DNA of 64,000 nucleotides from the human T2T-CHM13v2.0 reference genome, Homo sapiens (GCF_009914755.1 NC_060941.1); one strand, 5' to 3'. Shown: positions 1 through 17,055, numbered from the stretch's first letter. Made by a program: numbers and translations. Notes: generated by a model from the sequence alone, not told the origin.

Positions 1-162
1 GAATTGGGATGTTCCTAACACAAGGAAATGATAAATGCTTGATATGACGGATACTCTAATTACCCTGATTTGATCATTATACATTGCATACTTGTCTCGA
101 AATATCACATGTACTCCAAAAATATGTACAACTATTATGTATCCATAGTAATTAAAAATAAA
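1..162 (+). mobile_element. L1M (L1MA-like) 3' end fragment in CAVIN1 intron 1
   Basis: Resembles the recalled L1MA 3' terminus (TACCCTGATTTGATCATTATACATTG...AAATATCACATGTACTCC) followed by an A-rich tail. Confidence 0.7.
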
Positions 163-189
163 GCCTTTTAAGTTTAAAAATAAACAAAC

Positions 190-505
190 TGGATGCACGT
201 GGTAGCTCATGCCTGTAGTCTCAGCACTTTGGGAGGCCCAGACAGGAGAACTGTTTGAACCCAGGAGTTTGAGATCAGCCTGGGCAACTAAGTGAGACCC
301 CGGACTCTACAAATATGAAAAAAAACAATTTGCCGGGCACGGTGGTGGGCACCTGTAGTCCTAGCTACTCGGGAGGCTGAACCAGGAGGATCACTTGAGC
401 CCAAGAGTTCGAGACTGCAGTAAGATATGACTGTGTCACTGCACTCCAGCTTGGGCAACAGAGTGAGAACTTGTCTGAAAAACAAAACCAAAAAACCCCA
501 AAAAA
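190..505 (+). mobile_element. Alu (old, AluJ-like)
   Basis: Dimeric Alu with diverged arms (GGAGGATCACTTGAGCCC) and an A-rich tail. Confidence 0.85.
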
Positions 506-565
506 CAAATTGTTGCCTGGAAGAATTGGCTCTTTAATGATCATAGTTCCACTCATCTGCATGGC

Positions 566-891
566 ATTTTATTTTATTTATTGTTGTTATTATTATTATT
601 ATTATTATTTTTGAGATGGAGTCTCACTCTGTCGCCCAGGCTGGAGTGCAATAACACGATCTCGCTCACTGCAACCTCCGCCTCCCAGGTTCAAGCCATT
701 CTTCTGCCTCAGCCTCCCGAGTAACCAGGATTAGAGGTGCTCACCACCATGCCCGGCTAATTTTTGTATTTTAGTAGAGAGGGGTTTCACCATGTTGGCC
801 AGGCTGGTCTCGAACTACTGACCTCAAGTGATCCACCTGCCTCAGCCTCCTAAAGTGCTGGGATTACAGGCACGAGCCACCTAGCCCGGCC
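566..891 (-). mobile_element. AluS with a (TTA)n-derived tail
   Basis: Antisense Alu (GAGATGGAGTCTCACTCTGTCGCCCAGGCTGG...CCCGGCC). Confidence 0.9.
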
Positions 892-1161
892 TCTGCATGG
901 TATTTTAGAGCAACTGCCTCTATATTCACAATCTGGCCTGATCGTCCTGCAACCCTCAGTCCATTAACTCCTATAACTAGTAGAATTCACTTCTCTCATT
1001 TACTAGCTGTTGCTAGCCAAGTGTCGCCTGATAGAATGCAATGTCAAACTGCTAGGTTTTGTTTGGGAGACAGGGAAGGAAATGCCAGAGAAGGGCAGTA
1101 ATGACTCAGAAGTGAGTTTAAGATGAGGGCTGTGATACCTTGGGGTGGGAGGTGCTGAATT

Positions 1162-1163
<2 letters not shown>

Positions 1164-1195
<32 letters not shown>
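1164..1195. repeat. (GT)16 microsatellite
   Basis: Seen directly in the sequence. Confidence 0.95.
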
Positions 1196-1196
<1 letters not shown>

Positions 1197-2989
1197 CAAA
1201 TGCAAACTTAAAGCTGTGAAATCATTAAGTCTAGAAGTTCCCTGAATTTGGGGTGGGGCCATACAAGGGATTCCCTCCTTTTCTCCCCAGGAATAGGGTA
1301 TGGAAGGCCAGATGTCTCCATCCCACAACGGGGGCCTTCCCATCCCTTGGTGTTCTCTGCCCCGCCCCCACTGCCACATCATCACCTCCCACCCCTGTAG
1401 TGGGGAATACAGCATCCCTTCCCCTATGGCCCCTCCAGAGAATTCACACCATCCCAGGAAACTTTCTCCAAATCTCTGTCTCTTTGCCTGGCCACCCAAC
1501 ATCCTGCCCCTTCAGCCGGACTTTACCATAAATGCTGCTGCCCCCAATCTTCCCTAATAGGCCTGCCAAGGCACAGAGCTATTTTTACCTCCTTCCCTTC
1601 TCAGGCCTGCAGACCTCTGGGAGGAGCAGGAGCAGCCTCTGCTTTCCTCCAGCAGCCGGGTCCCCACCTGGAACATCTGCTCTGCAGCTCAGGGAAGTTC
1701 TGCTTTCCCAAGCCTCACCCCATTTGCTGGAATCTTTTCCTTACGTCTGAAGTCTTCCCCAGGTTGGGACCATTTCAGTTCTTAGTTATTCCCTCTGTGG
1801 GTTTGGGACTCCATTTGAGCTACTCTTACTACCTCAACTCTCTGTCACCCACTGGCCTTGGTTTAGTGCAGATTCATTTGAAGCCACCTGTGATTAGAAC
1901 ACATTCCCTCCCACCCCCTAAAATATAGACATATCCCTGCAGATTGCTGGAGAGGGCAGAACAGAGGGATGCCAGTGGCCTCTGCAGATAAGTCTTTCTC
2001 CCTCCATACCTTTCCCTCTTCTCTCAGAATCTCCATCTTTGGCATAGGGAAGTTTACCTCCAGGCCAAGACTTTTCCCAGGTTCTATGGTCTGGGATAGT
2101 TAGCGTGAGAAGGGTCACCCCTCGAGCTCTTCATGGTGGCTCTCGGCCACACCAGGCTCTGGAGGAAATATAGAGCTGGCTTGCTGTCCCAGACCCCTGT
2201 CTTGTTCCGCTCCTCTCAATGTCCCCAGTACTAAGCAGGTCTCTTAAAAAACGTCAAAAGCCCCCCTCTCATCCTGCGTCCTCCAAGCAGTTAGACTAAG
2301 TGGAAATAGCTCTGGGCAAACATTTTCTATCTAAATAGTGCTTAAGTAGGGGAAGTAAAGCTTTTAAAAGCCACGTATATGCCTCCTGGGAGGAGTCTGT
2401 CATCCGTGGGTAAGGGTGGGGAGGGGGACAAGTGCCACTTCTGCCTCTGTCCCACCACCTCAGATAGGTACCAGCTGACCCACCTTTCTGTCTCTACTCT
2501 TCCCAGATACTTGTCCTGATTTGCATCTATCTTAACTCATCCTGGGGAAACCAAGCCAAGGACCCCCTCGCCTCACCCCAGATGGTCACTCAGAACCCGG
2601 CTCGACCAGGCCCCAGAGCAGTCAGCAGAGCCACAACTCCCGGAAAGGGGTCTTCTAACTTGGAGGGTGTGGGAAATCCAGCCTTCCCTTTCTTTCCATT
2701 CCCTTCAGCAGGGAGAGGAAGGGGAGAGGGGAGCATAGACTAACCCCCCTGCCCCACACGATCCCGCCTCCCTGGGGTTAGGAGCATCAGCAGGCCTTTG
2801 GGAGGCGGGGAGGAGCCAGGCTGGAACACTTGCCGCCCAGCCCAAAATCTCATCCCCGATGGCACTGCGGAAGCGGCGTGGAGAGGAGCAGCATAGAAAC
2901 CCGAGACTCCCAGGTTTATTGGGGGTTATGATCCAAAAGCTACATTTTTATCCAAGTGTGAAGAATGGGGAGAGCTGCAAAGAAAGCAA

Positions 2990-4790
2990 CAAGTGGCCCC
3001 GGGCGGAGCCGGGGGGTGGGGGCGCCAGCCTCCTCCCGCCGGCTGCGCTGCTGCGCCTGGCCCCCGCCCCCGCAGGCATGCGGGGTGATTCACCTCGCCC
3101 AGACTGCGCCCAGACCGCCGGACCCCGCAGGGGCTGTCCACCCACTCCACCAGCCCCTCTTGCACTCCTGACGCCCACTCTTCCCCGCCCAGCCCCGCCC
3201 GCTTCCAGGAGGCCCAGGGTGCCAGCGCGCCGCGGGTGAGGGTGTCCTCAAGGGCCTGAAAATGCCTGGTGGCCAGGAGCAGAGAGCAGCGAGGGGACAG
3301 GGGTGGGCCGCCGAGGCCGATGTGGGGGCGCGGGGGCGCAGGGTCTGGGGAGGAGGTTGGCGGTCGCGTTCCCCGCTTGGCACAGCCCCCGCTGGTGCGT
3401 GCCTGAGCCCTGAATCACCCGCTATATCAGGCCCGCAGGCGCAGAGGCCCCAGGCCCGGGCCCCGCAGCCAGTGTCCGCTTACAGCGGACCCCAACGATC
3501 GCGAGGGACCCCTGACTTTCCTAGAAACTTCCCCCAAGTGGGAAGAAGTTTGACAGAGCCAATTAGGGAGGGAGCGGTCTGCGAGGGGCAGCGTCCTCGA
3601 GTCCACCCGCTAATTCGGTTCTGCTACAAGTTTGGGACCCGAGGGAAGGATCTGAGTGGGGAGGTGCGAGGTGCAGAGCGCGCCCCTCTACGCGCCCCAG
3701 GAGTCCGCCGCTCCCTCCACCCCATCCTACCCCACCCAACCCCACCCCAGCCGCGCTCACCGGAAGGAGGGTGGATCTCCCGGGCGCCCGGGCCAGGCTG
3801 GGAGGGGAGCAGCGCCACGGGCAGGTCTCCCCACCCCAACTCCCAGGCAGGGGACGCGGGCCGGGCGCGGGAGCTCTGGGCGCCTTCCGCCCTGTGGGCT
3901 CACCTGGTAGATCATGACTTTAAAGTTGCGGCGCCGCAGCAGCTCGGCCTCGTTGACCTCCAGCTTCTTGATCTGCCCCGCCTGGCGCTCCAGGCTGCCG
4001 CGCACGGTCTTCACGTTGACGCTGACCTTGCGCACCTTCTCCAGCAGCTTGCTCACCGTATTGCTCGTGGTGGCGTGCGCCTTGCCCAGCTTGCTCAGCT
4101 CGCCCTGGATGCTCTGCACTGCGCCCTCCATCTCCGCCTGCCGCTCCTCCAGCTGTGCTTGAGTCAGCTGGATCTGGTCTACGGCCCCGATGATTTTGTC
4201 CAGGAGGCTCAGCACCAGCACGCCGTTCACCTGGTCCGACTTGATCAGCTCTTCTGAGCCGGCCCCCGACGGCTCCTCCGCTGCCTGAGCCCCAGCGGAG
4301 GAAGGCTCCGGGGCCTCGGCGTCGGGGTACCCGGGAAGCGGCCGCTCGACAATATAGAGCGTGGGGTCCTCCATGGCTACCCGGAGCCGTGCGGGACCGG
4401 CCGGGTGGGGCTGGAGCTGGAGCGGGAGACCCGGAGAGAAGCAGGAGCGGAAGGGAGGAGAGCTAGCGGGCGAGAGCGGAGAGCAGAGGAAACTCGAGCC
4501 ACGTCCGTGCGCACCGGGACAGCGGCCAGAACTGCTGGGCGGGGGATCGGTGAGCTCCCCAGCTCCCGGGCCAAACTCCGGAGTCTGATCGCTGATTGGC
4601 TGGCCCCACCCCAGAAAGGGAGGGACCGGGGCAGAAGGGGAGATCGACGAGGCGGGGCGGCGGAGGGGGACCCAAGAGCCGAGCGCCCCACCCTTCCCGG
4701 GATGGTTGGAATAGTTGGAGCGGGAGACTAGGGCCTCCGCTGGCGGCGGGAGCGGGACGGGCGGAGGAATGCGAGCTGAGGAACGGAATC
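2990..4790. promoter_or_regulatory. CAVIN1: CpG island covering the CAVIN1 promoter, exon 1 and the start of intron 1
   Basis: Very GC- and CpG-rich, repeat-free, and spans the start codon. Boundaries are approximate. Confidence 0.9.
3904..4374 (-). CDS. CAVIN1: Caveolae-associated protein 1 (cavin-1/PTRF), coding part of exon 1 (aa 1-157, including the HR1 coiled coil)
   Basis: Translation MEDPTLYIVERPLPGYPDAEAPEPSS...LLRRRNFKVMIYQ is cavin-1. Strong Kozak GCCATGG. Donor CAG|GTGAG at 3904/3903. 471 nt, phase 0. Exon 2 lies outside the window to the left. Confidence 0.98.
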
Positions 4791-4800
4791 AGGTTCTAAG
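4375..4800 (-). promoter_or_regulatory. CAVIN1: CAVIN1 5'UTR and TATA-less promoter
   Basis: CCAAT box on the gene strand (plus-strand ATTGG 4595-4599), GC box GGGGCGG 4654-4660, and TEAD/MCAT motif GGAATGC 4766-4772. The TSS is inferred at roughly 4520-4560. Confidence 0.7.
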
Positions 4801-5135
4801 AGTGTTGCTCTCTGTTTCCCTCTCACTTGAATTGCTCATCCGAAAATCCTCAAGATCTGGGAGCCGGGTGGACCAGGAGATTCTGAAATTATAGGCAAAA
4901 TCTTGTATTTGCCTTTACCTAGATTTTGAGCACAAAAGGACCCTTGCCCTTTACAATATTTTCTAAGAGGCCTCTCGGATTTCCTCATCACCAACCCCAA
5001 CCAGGTTACTAACTCAGGGGTAAGCTTAGGGGGTTGTTTGTGGGGGGCGGGGGGAGAAAGAGAGAACGTATTTGGGGTCACGGTGGTGGTGAAGGGCTGC
5101 GAAGCTCCTCTAAGTTCTTTTTAGAATTGCCCTAA

Positions 5136-5312
<177 letters not shown>

Positions 5313-5758
5313 TGAGACTATAGGCGCTTGCCACCACGCCCAGCTAATTTCAATTTTTATTTTTTTCAATTTTTATTTTTTTAAGAGACGGGGTGTACAC
5401 TATTTTGACCAGGCTGGTCTCGAACTCCTGAGCTCAAGTGATCTGCTGGTTTCAGCCTCTCAAAGTGCTGGGAGCCACCGCGCCTGGTGTAAAGCCCTTT
5501 TTAAAAGCCCACCTCTCTTAGGCCAGGCGCGGCGGCTCATGCCTGTAATCCCAGCACTTTGGGAGGCCCAGGCGGGTGGATCACGAGGTCAGGAGTTCAA
5601 GACCAGCCTGGCCAAGATGGTGAAACCCCGTCTCTGTTACAAATACAAAAATTAGGCCAGGCGCAGTGGCTCATTTTGGGAGGCGGAGGTGGGTGGATCA
5701 CCTGAGGTCGGGAGTTCGACCTCAGCCTGACCAACATGGAGAAACCCCATCTCTACTA

Positions 5759-6020
<262 letters not shown>

Positions 6021-6966
6021 GGTAATCCACTGTCTGAGTGCAGACAGAGTGAGACTCTGTCTCAAAAAAACAAAAAAAACAAAAACAAAAGCAACCCAAA
6101 AACCCACCTCTCACCTCTCTCTAAAACTCACCTTTCCCTGTGTTCCCCCTCCCACCGCCCCCTCAGAGGCAGCTGACACCAATCTCAGTGAGCAGGATCT
6201 AGGAGTCCATTTCTCTTTCAAGATTCCAGGGACTAACAGTAAGCCATCGGAGAGACCATCAAATCCCACCCCCTCATTTGACAGACAGGAAAAGGAAAGC
6301 CTGCAGAAGACAGGTGGCTTGCCAGAGATCACTCGCAGGTTAGTGTTGGCATTGGCACTTGAACCCAGGTCTGGACTCCTGCTTTCATGCTCTTTCCACC
6401 TTCTGCTCTAAGCCTTCCACTGGGGCAGGGAGACAGGCACCCACAGCCACTCCCCAACTCCCATGTGCTGTTTCAGAAGATTAACCAAAGCATATTTTCA
6501 TCCATGCTGGGTACAAGGGAGCAGGCAATTCTGAGCAGGCCCAAGGAGGGTCCTTAGTGCAGAAAGTCCAGAAATAGGGAGGCTGCCCATCCTCCCCCAT
6601 TTTGCTGTCTAGCACAGCACTGGTGCTGTGAGTGTCTGAAGTGGCGCCAGCTCCCTTTCCCACAGAAAAGCGGCAACCCTTTTCCCTCCTTAGGAAACCA
6701 CACTTGGGTTTCCCCAGCTGGCTGGATGATGGTCCTGGCAAAAGGTCACTTCTAGTCTGGTATCCATTATCATTAGGAAGAGTGAAAAACTGGTCTATGG
6801 GGACCCAGGGCCTCCTCAACCCAGACAGAGAACCCACAAACTCAGAAAGGAGACCGACAGTGCAGGGACTGGGTTAGTGCCCTAACAACATTGTAGGGTT
6901 TTTTAAGGGTTTACAACACCATATTTGTTATCCGAAATTCTCATAGAAAATGGAGCCATCAACTAG

Positions 6967-7233
<267 letters not shown>

Positions 7234-7589
7234 TAGTAGACACGGGGTTTCGCCATGTTGGGCAGGATGGTCTCAATCTCTTGAGCTCGTGATCCACCCA
7301 CCTTGGCCTCCCAAAGTGCTGGGATTACAGGTGTGAGCCACTGTGCCCCGCCTTTTTTTTTTTTTTTTTAAGACAGAGTCTCACTCTGTTGACCCTGCAG
7401 CCTCGAACTCCCGGGTTCAGGTGATCCTCCCACCTCAGCCTCCCAAATAGCTGTGACTATAAGCGCACACCATCACACCCAGCTAATTTTTGTATTTTTT
7501 GTAGAAATGGGGTTTCACCGTGTTGCCCACGCTGGTCTCAAACACCTAGGCTCAAGGGATCCACCTGCCTTGGCCTCCCAAAATGCTAG

Positions 7590-7793
<204 letters not shown>

Positions 7794-8058
7794 TAACACT
7801 TCAATAACTGTTTTCTCACAAACAAATGGCTTTCTCATTTGAGGCTCAAGTAGAATTAAGCTAGTATATAAGATCATATATACACATATAACTGCTAGAA
7901 CTGGCAGATTACCAACTTACTTTAGAATTTAGGAGAAATGTATTAAAGTAATTTAAATTCCTTCTACTAAGGATTGAAAAAGCTTTTGGAAAAAAGAGGA
8001 GTGACAGTAGAGAACCTTATAGGACCTTCATTTCTTAAGTGTCCCATAAGATCCTTAG

Positions 8059-8445
<387 letters not shown>

Positions 8446-8718
8446 TAGCCAGCATGGTCTCGATCTTCTGACCTCATGATCCGCCTGCCTCGGCCTCCCA
8501 AAGTGCTGGGATTACAGGCGTGAGCCACTGTGCCTGGCCTCGCCCAGCTAATTTTTTGTACTTTTAGTAGAGACGGGGTTTCACCAGGTTGGTCAGCCTG
8601 GTCTCGAACTCCTGACATCAGGTGATCCACCCACCTCGGCCTCCCAAGGTGCTGGGATTACAGGCATGAGCCACAGCACCCGGCCTCTAAAAAATTTTAT
8701 CTCTATCCCAGCAACTAG

Positions 8719-9081
<363 letters not shown>

Positions 9082-9654
9082 TAGACTATTTCTGCATATA
9101 TGATCATACATATATATATTTCAGCACTTTCCTGTTTTCAGTTATTAATATGTTTTATGGATAGTTCCATATCAGTACATGTAGAACTGCCTTGTTTTCC
9201 AATGTATACGTCTACTATATTTGTTTAACCAGTTCCCTATCAATGGACATTTACAGATTACAATTTAAATCTCATGGGGGAGGAGTTGCTGAAGACAAGT
9301 GGGATTTTTTTGTTTTTGTTTTTTGCTTTTGAGGCAGGATCTCATTCTGTTGCCTAGGCTGGAGTGCAGTTGCTCAATCAGGGCTTACTGCAGCCTCGAA
9401 CTGCTGGGCTCAAGCAATCCTCCCAACTCAGCCTCCAGAGTAGCTGGGACCACAGGTACACACCACCACACCTGGCTAATTTTTAAATTTCTTGTAGAGA
9501 CAGAGTCCCAGCCATGGGGTTTTGCCACGTTGCCTAGGCTGGTCTTGAACTCCTGGGCTCAAGTGATCCTCCCGTCTTGGCCTCCTGAAGTGCTGGGATT
9601 ACAGGAATGGGCCACTGTGCCCAGCCTCATCAGGAAAGTATTTCTATACCACTT

Positions 9655-10125
9655 CTTCAAACAGGAATGTCAGAATTTGTGGATGAGTCAAGTTATGTCC
9701 CAGGGGTAGTCCAGTGAATACATCTCTGACTCATTTAATGCCTCCTTAATGGATGATTTCTGTAAAAGGGCCCTACCCCTGCATGCCTATGTTGGAGAAA
9801 AATCTGCATCAACAAGTTTCTCTCACATTCCTTTTCTTACTAAATGCCAGCTAAGTCCAACAGGGGGCATGCTGAGGCATATTGTACTAGCTCCACCAGC
9901 ACAGATGCCGCAAACTGGAGCAGAGCAGTCCTTTCCAGAGCATTTCACTCCATTCCAGTGAAAATAAGCAGTTTCTCTTCATTTGTAACTGCATTCAGCA
10001 TGCCATTGCCTGCATTCAGGGTTGTTGGTTTGCATTTTCCATTGCTCACTCTATTTGCTTGCTGAAAGGCACACTGTTCCATTGTGTGCTTTCAGCCACT
10101 GAGACAGAATCCATAAAAGGGATAG
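9655..10125. promoter_or_regulatory. Candidate AP-1/TEAD/SRF enhancer
   Basis: TEAD motifs GGAATGT 9664-9670, ACATTCC 9825-9831, CATTCCA 9951-9957. AP-1 motifs TGAGTCA 9684-9690 and TGACTCA 9727-9733. Perfect CArG box CCATAAAAGG 10111-10120. All sit in a unique island between Alus. Confidence 0.6.
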
Positions 10126-10337
10126 TGAGGTAAAAGCAAACAACCCCTTTGGCCCAGAAAAAGGACACCAGGATGCAACATGTCAGCAGTTAGAATCTTA
10201 CAGGGTGCTCTATCGTATTCTTCCATCCATCTACTTGTTCAATAAAACATGACTACTTCGCACTAGCCATTTACTGGGCTAGGGACTTTAATGAGGATAA
10301 ATCAAGTCTAGTCCTTTTTTTTTTTTTTTTTTTTTGA

Positions 10338-10722
<385 letters not shown>

Positions 10723-11831
10723 TAGCCGGGATTACAGGCACACAGCACCATGCCCAGCTAATTTTTGTATTTTGAGTAGAGATGGGTTTTACCATGTTGG
10801 CCAGGCTGGTCTCAAACACCTGATCTCAGGTGATCCACCCAAAGTGCTGGGATTACAGGCATGAGACACCACGCCTGGCCACCCCCAGCATTTTTTTTTT
10901 TTTTTAAAGACAAAGTCACATTCTGTTGTCCAGGCTTGAGTGCAGTGGTGCGATCTCAGCTTGTTGCAGCCTCGACTTCCTGAGCTCAGGTGAGCCTCCT
11001 ATCAGCCTCCCATGTAGTTGGGACTACAGCTGTATGCCACTACACCTGGCTAAATTTTTTTTTTTTTTTTTTTTTTTGTAGAGATGGGGTTTTGCCATAT
11101 TTCCCAGGCCACTCTTGAACTCCTGGGCTCAAGTGATCTGTTCACCTCGGCCTCCCAAAGTGCTGGCATTACAGGTGTGAAACTCTGCACCTGGCCAGAT
11201 GCATAGTGTCTGACACAGCTGAAAGCTCCCCCGCAGCATAGGGAAAGCAGTCACTACTCTCAGGAAGAGTGGGGAAGGGTTCACAGGTGAGGGTAGGTAC
11301 AAAGGAGGGGGAAAGGACCCCCTCCCAAACCCAGTATCTTGCGGTGTGAAAGGGCACTGGGGAATAGCCAAGCACTGCTCATCTCCTCTTATCATGGTTC
11401 TGCCATAAGTCTTATCAGTTTACATTTAGGGAGATCCAGCAAAGGGTGTAATATGTAATATGTTCTGTTCAGTTTTGGATCTGTGCTGGGAGAGATCCCA
11501 GGGAGACTGTGTGTTTTGTTAATAATAAACAGCTAGGACAAATGATGTGTCTTCACATTGGGACAACCGTCTCACATGGGAGGCTAGCCCTCAGCAGCTG
11601 GCTCACAGCTGCCACAAACAACAGTGATTTTTTTTTTGCCAGTTTTATAGGCACTATTCTTGTCTCTCTGATATACATATATGAAAAATGCCTATAATAT
11701 TTGTATGTTTCTCTTTCTCAAAATCCCTTCCTTTCTTTGCCTTCAAATATTAATATATAGGGTAACTTCCCTGAACCAGAAAACAGTCAAAATTATTTAT
11801 TAAGTGCTAATTTATGCATAGTTTGGTGCTA

Positions 11832-12252
<421 letters not shown>

Positions 12253-12459
12253 TTATGTTGTTGCCCAGGCTGGTCTCAAACTCCTAAGCTCCTGCCTTTG
12301 CCTCCAAACTGTTGGGATTACAGGCATGAGCCACCACACCCAGCCTTTTCTAATTTTATTTGAACTCTGATTTAGCACTGCTGACCAATTTATCTTTGAG
12401 ATTCTTCCCTCTTAGCCTTGGACACTGTACTATTTTTATTTACTTGTCCCATTTGCTAG

Positions 12460-12860
<401 letters not shown>

Positions 12861-13084
12861 TAGGCTCGGCTTCCCAAAGTGTTGGGATTACAAGCATAAA
12901 CTGGTACATTTGGTCAAAAAAAAAAAAAAGCTTTTAATACTGCTTTAAAAGGTTAAACAATATAACTTTATTGAGGTAGAATTCACATACCACACAATTC
13001 ACCTAAAGCATACAATTGAATAGATTTTACCATATTCACAATGTTGTGCAAGAATCAACTTTCATCAGCCCCCAGAAAGCCCCC

Positions 13085-14258
<1,174 letters not shown>

Positions 14259-14711
14259 CCTCATACCCATTAGCTGTCACTCCCCACTCCTCTCTTCCCT
14301 GTCCCCTAGCAACCAGTAAGTTTTAAGTCTCTATAGATTTTCCTGTTCTGAACACTTCATATGAATGGAATCATACAATTTGTAGCCTTTTGTGTCTCGC
14401 TTCTTTTACTTAGCATGTTTTCAAGGTTGATCTATGTTGTAGCATGTATCAATACTTCATTCCTCTTTATGGCTATATTCCGTTGTATAAATATGCCCCA
14501 TGCTGTTTATCCATTCATCAGCTGATGGACGTTTGAGTTGTTTCCATTTTTTTGTTTTTTTAAGAGACAGTCTCCCTGTTGCCCAAGCTGGTGTGCAATG
14601 GCACAATCATGGCTCACTGCAACCTCAAACTACTGGTCTCTAGCCATCCTCCTTCCTCAGCCTCCCAAGTAGCTTGGACTACTGGTCACAACAGGCTAAT
14701 TTTTTTTTTAG

Positions 14712-14840
<129 letters not shown>

Positions 14841-15628
14841 TGACCACGTCTGGCTAATTTTTGTATTTTTAGTAGATACGGGGTTTCACCATGTTGGTCA
14901 GGCTGGTCTCGAACTCCTGACCTCATAATCCACCCACCTCAGCCTTCCAAAGTGCTGGGATTACAGGCGTGAGCCACCATGCCCCGCCTAAACCAAATAT
15001 CTTTCCTCAAAAGCTAGAATGCTTCTTGGCTTATTTCTGTTGATGGTGGGACCGTCCTATCAAACACCAGAGACTCCAACCTTAGAATTATATTTATCTC
15101 CTCTCTTTCTCTCATCTACTAAAGCAAATGAAATCCCAAATCCTGCCTTCCTTCCTTCATTATCACTCCCCTGTAATTCCCATTTCTGTGACTGTCTGTC
15201 TGATCCTGTTGTTACCAGCTGATGGCTGTTACTGTACTTTCCTAGTTTGTCTCTGTGTCTCCAACCTTTTCCTTCCAATTCATAATGCATTTTAGAATGA
15301 AAATTGATTTGAAAAACTGTAAATGATAGTTTGGAAGGTGCTGGGACTAGAAAAAAGGAGATCTAACAGGAGACTACTGCAATAGTCCCAGCAGGGGAAG
15401 ATGATCATTTGAACTAGAGCATTACGGGGCACAGAGAGAGGACTGATGGGTGAGCACTATAGCATGAAAACCATTAGGGCTTGATGAATGAGTACATGTA
15501 GATACTGAAGGAGAAGGAGGAGTCTAAAATATTACAATTTTGGCTGGGTGCAGTGGCTCACGCCTGTAATTCCAGCACTTTGGGAGGCCAAGGCAGGCGG
15601 ATCATTTGAGGTCAGGAGTTCAAGATCA

Positions 15629-15856
<228 letters not shown>

Positions 15857-16438
15857 TCAATGAAGCATTAATCCTACCTTTTCTGGCCGGATGAAGTGGC
15901 TCATGCCTGTAATCCTAACACTTTGGGAGGCCGAGGCAAGAGGATCACTTGAGGTCAGGAGTTTAAGACCAGCCTGGCCAACATGGTGAAGCCTTGTGTC
16001 TACTAAAAATACCAAAATTAGCCGGGCGTGCTTGTGCACACCTGTAATCCCAGCTATTCGGGAGACTGAGGCAGGAGAATCACTTGGGCCCAGGAGGCAG
16101 AGGTTGCAGTGATCACTCCATTGCACTCTAGCCTGGTGGACAAGAGTGAAACTCTGTTCCAAAAAAAAAAAAAAATCTTACCTTTTCTGTTTGGATTGTA
16201 CCTCTGTGTAACCAAATAGCGGCTGGGTGAAGGAAAGCACTTATTTATAAAATAATTTCAGCTCATAAATAAAGAAGGAATGATGGATTAAAATGTCACT
16301 ATTTTGTAGCCTCTAGTGAAAAAATGAGCTAATGATCATTAATGCCCGCTAAAACTATTAGGCAGAAAATTGTGGGGAACTCTATTATATCAAAGTAACA
16401 ACTCAACCCACTCACTAATCTTTGTATTTATTTATTTA

Positions 16439-16537
<99 letters not shown>

Positions 16538-16774
16538 CTATCTCAAAAAAAAAAAAAATTTAAGTATGATAGCAGCATTGTGGTTATGTTTTTAAAAAAT
16601 TCGTACATTTTTGAGATATATACTGAAGTATTTACAGATGATATGATATCACATCTAAGATTTGATTCACAATAATTCTGGCGGAAGTAGATGGGATATA
16701 AATGAAACAAGCTGGACTATTTGTTGATTATGGTTGAAGCTGGGTGATATGTACATAGGGATTCATTATCCCGT

Positions 16775-17010
16775 CTCTGCCTTCTGTATCCTTAGGTTCC
16801 ACACCCATGGATTCAACCAACTGTGGATAGAAATTATTAGGAAAAAAATTCCACAAAATTCCAAAAAGCAAAATATGAATTTGCCAAGTACTGTGTTGAA
16901 TCCACAAAAATGAAGTGATGTGTGGGCATCATATTAGGCCTAAGTAAGCTAGAGATGATTTAAAGTATATGAGAGGATGTGCATTAGGTTATATGCCAAT
17001 ACTACACCAT
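16775..17010. mobile_element. MER2/MER2B (TcMar-Tigger) fragment
   Basis: Contains CCATGGATTCAACCAACTGTGG and AGAGATGATTTAAAGTATATGAGAGGATGTGC motifs typical of MER2. Confidence 0.7.
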
Positions 17011-17055
17011 TGTATTGTATTGTATTGTATTGTATTGTATTGTATTATTTTTTGA

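Noticed and set aside
1044-1750. Overlapping ORFs in CAVIN1 intron 1, including a THTHTH run
   Set aside because: No recognisable homology; the repeat is the (GT)n microsatellite.
3757-3903. C-terminal 48 aa of the 205-aa CAVIN1 ORF
   Set aside because: Read-through past the CAG|GTGAG donor into intron 1; not part of canonical cavin-1.
11518-11530. HNF1-like GTTAATAATAAAC
   Set aside because: A single one-mismatch motif in AT-rich DNA with no supporting context.
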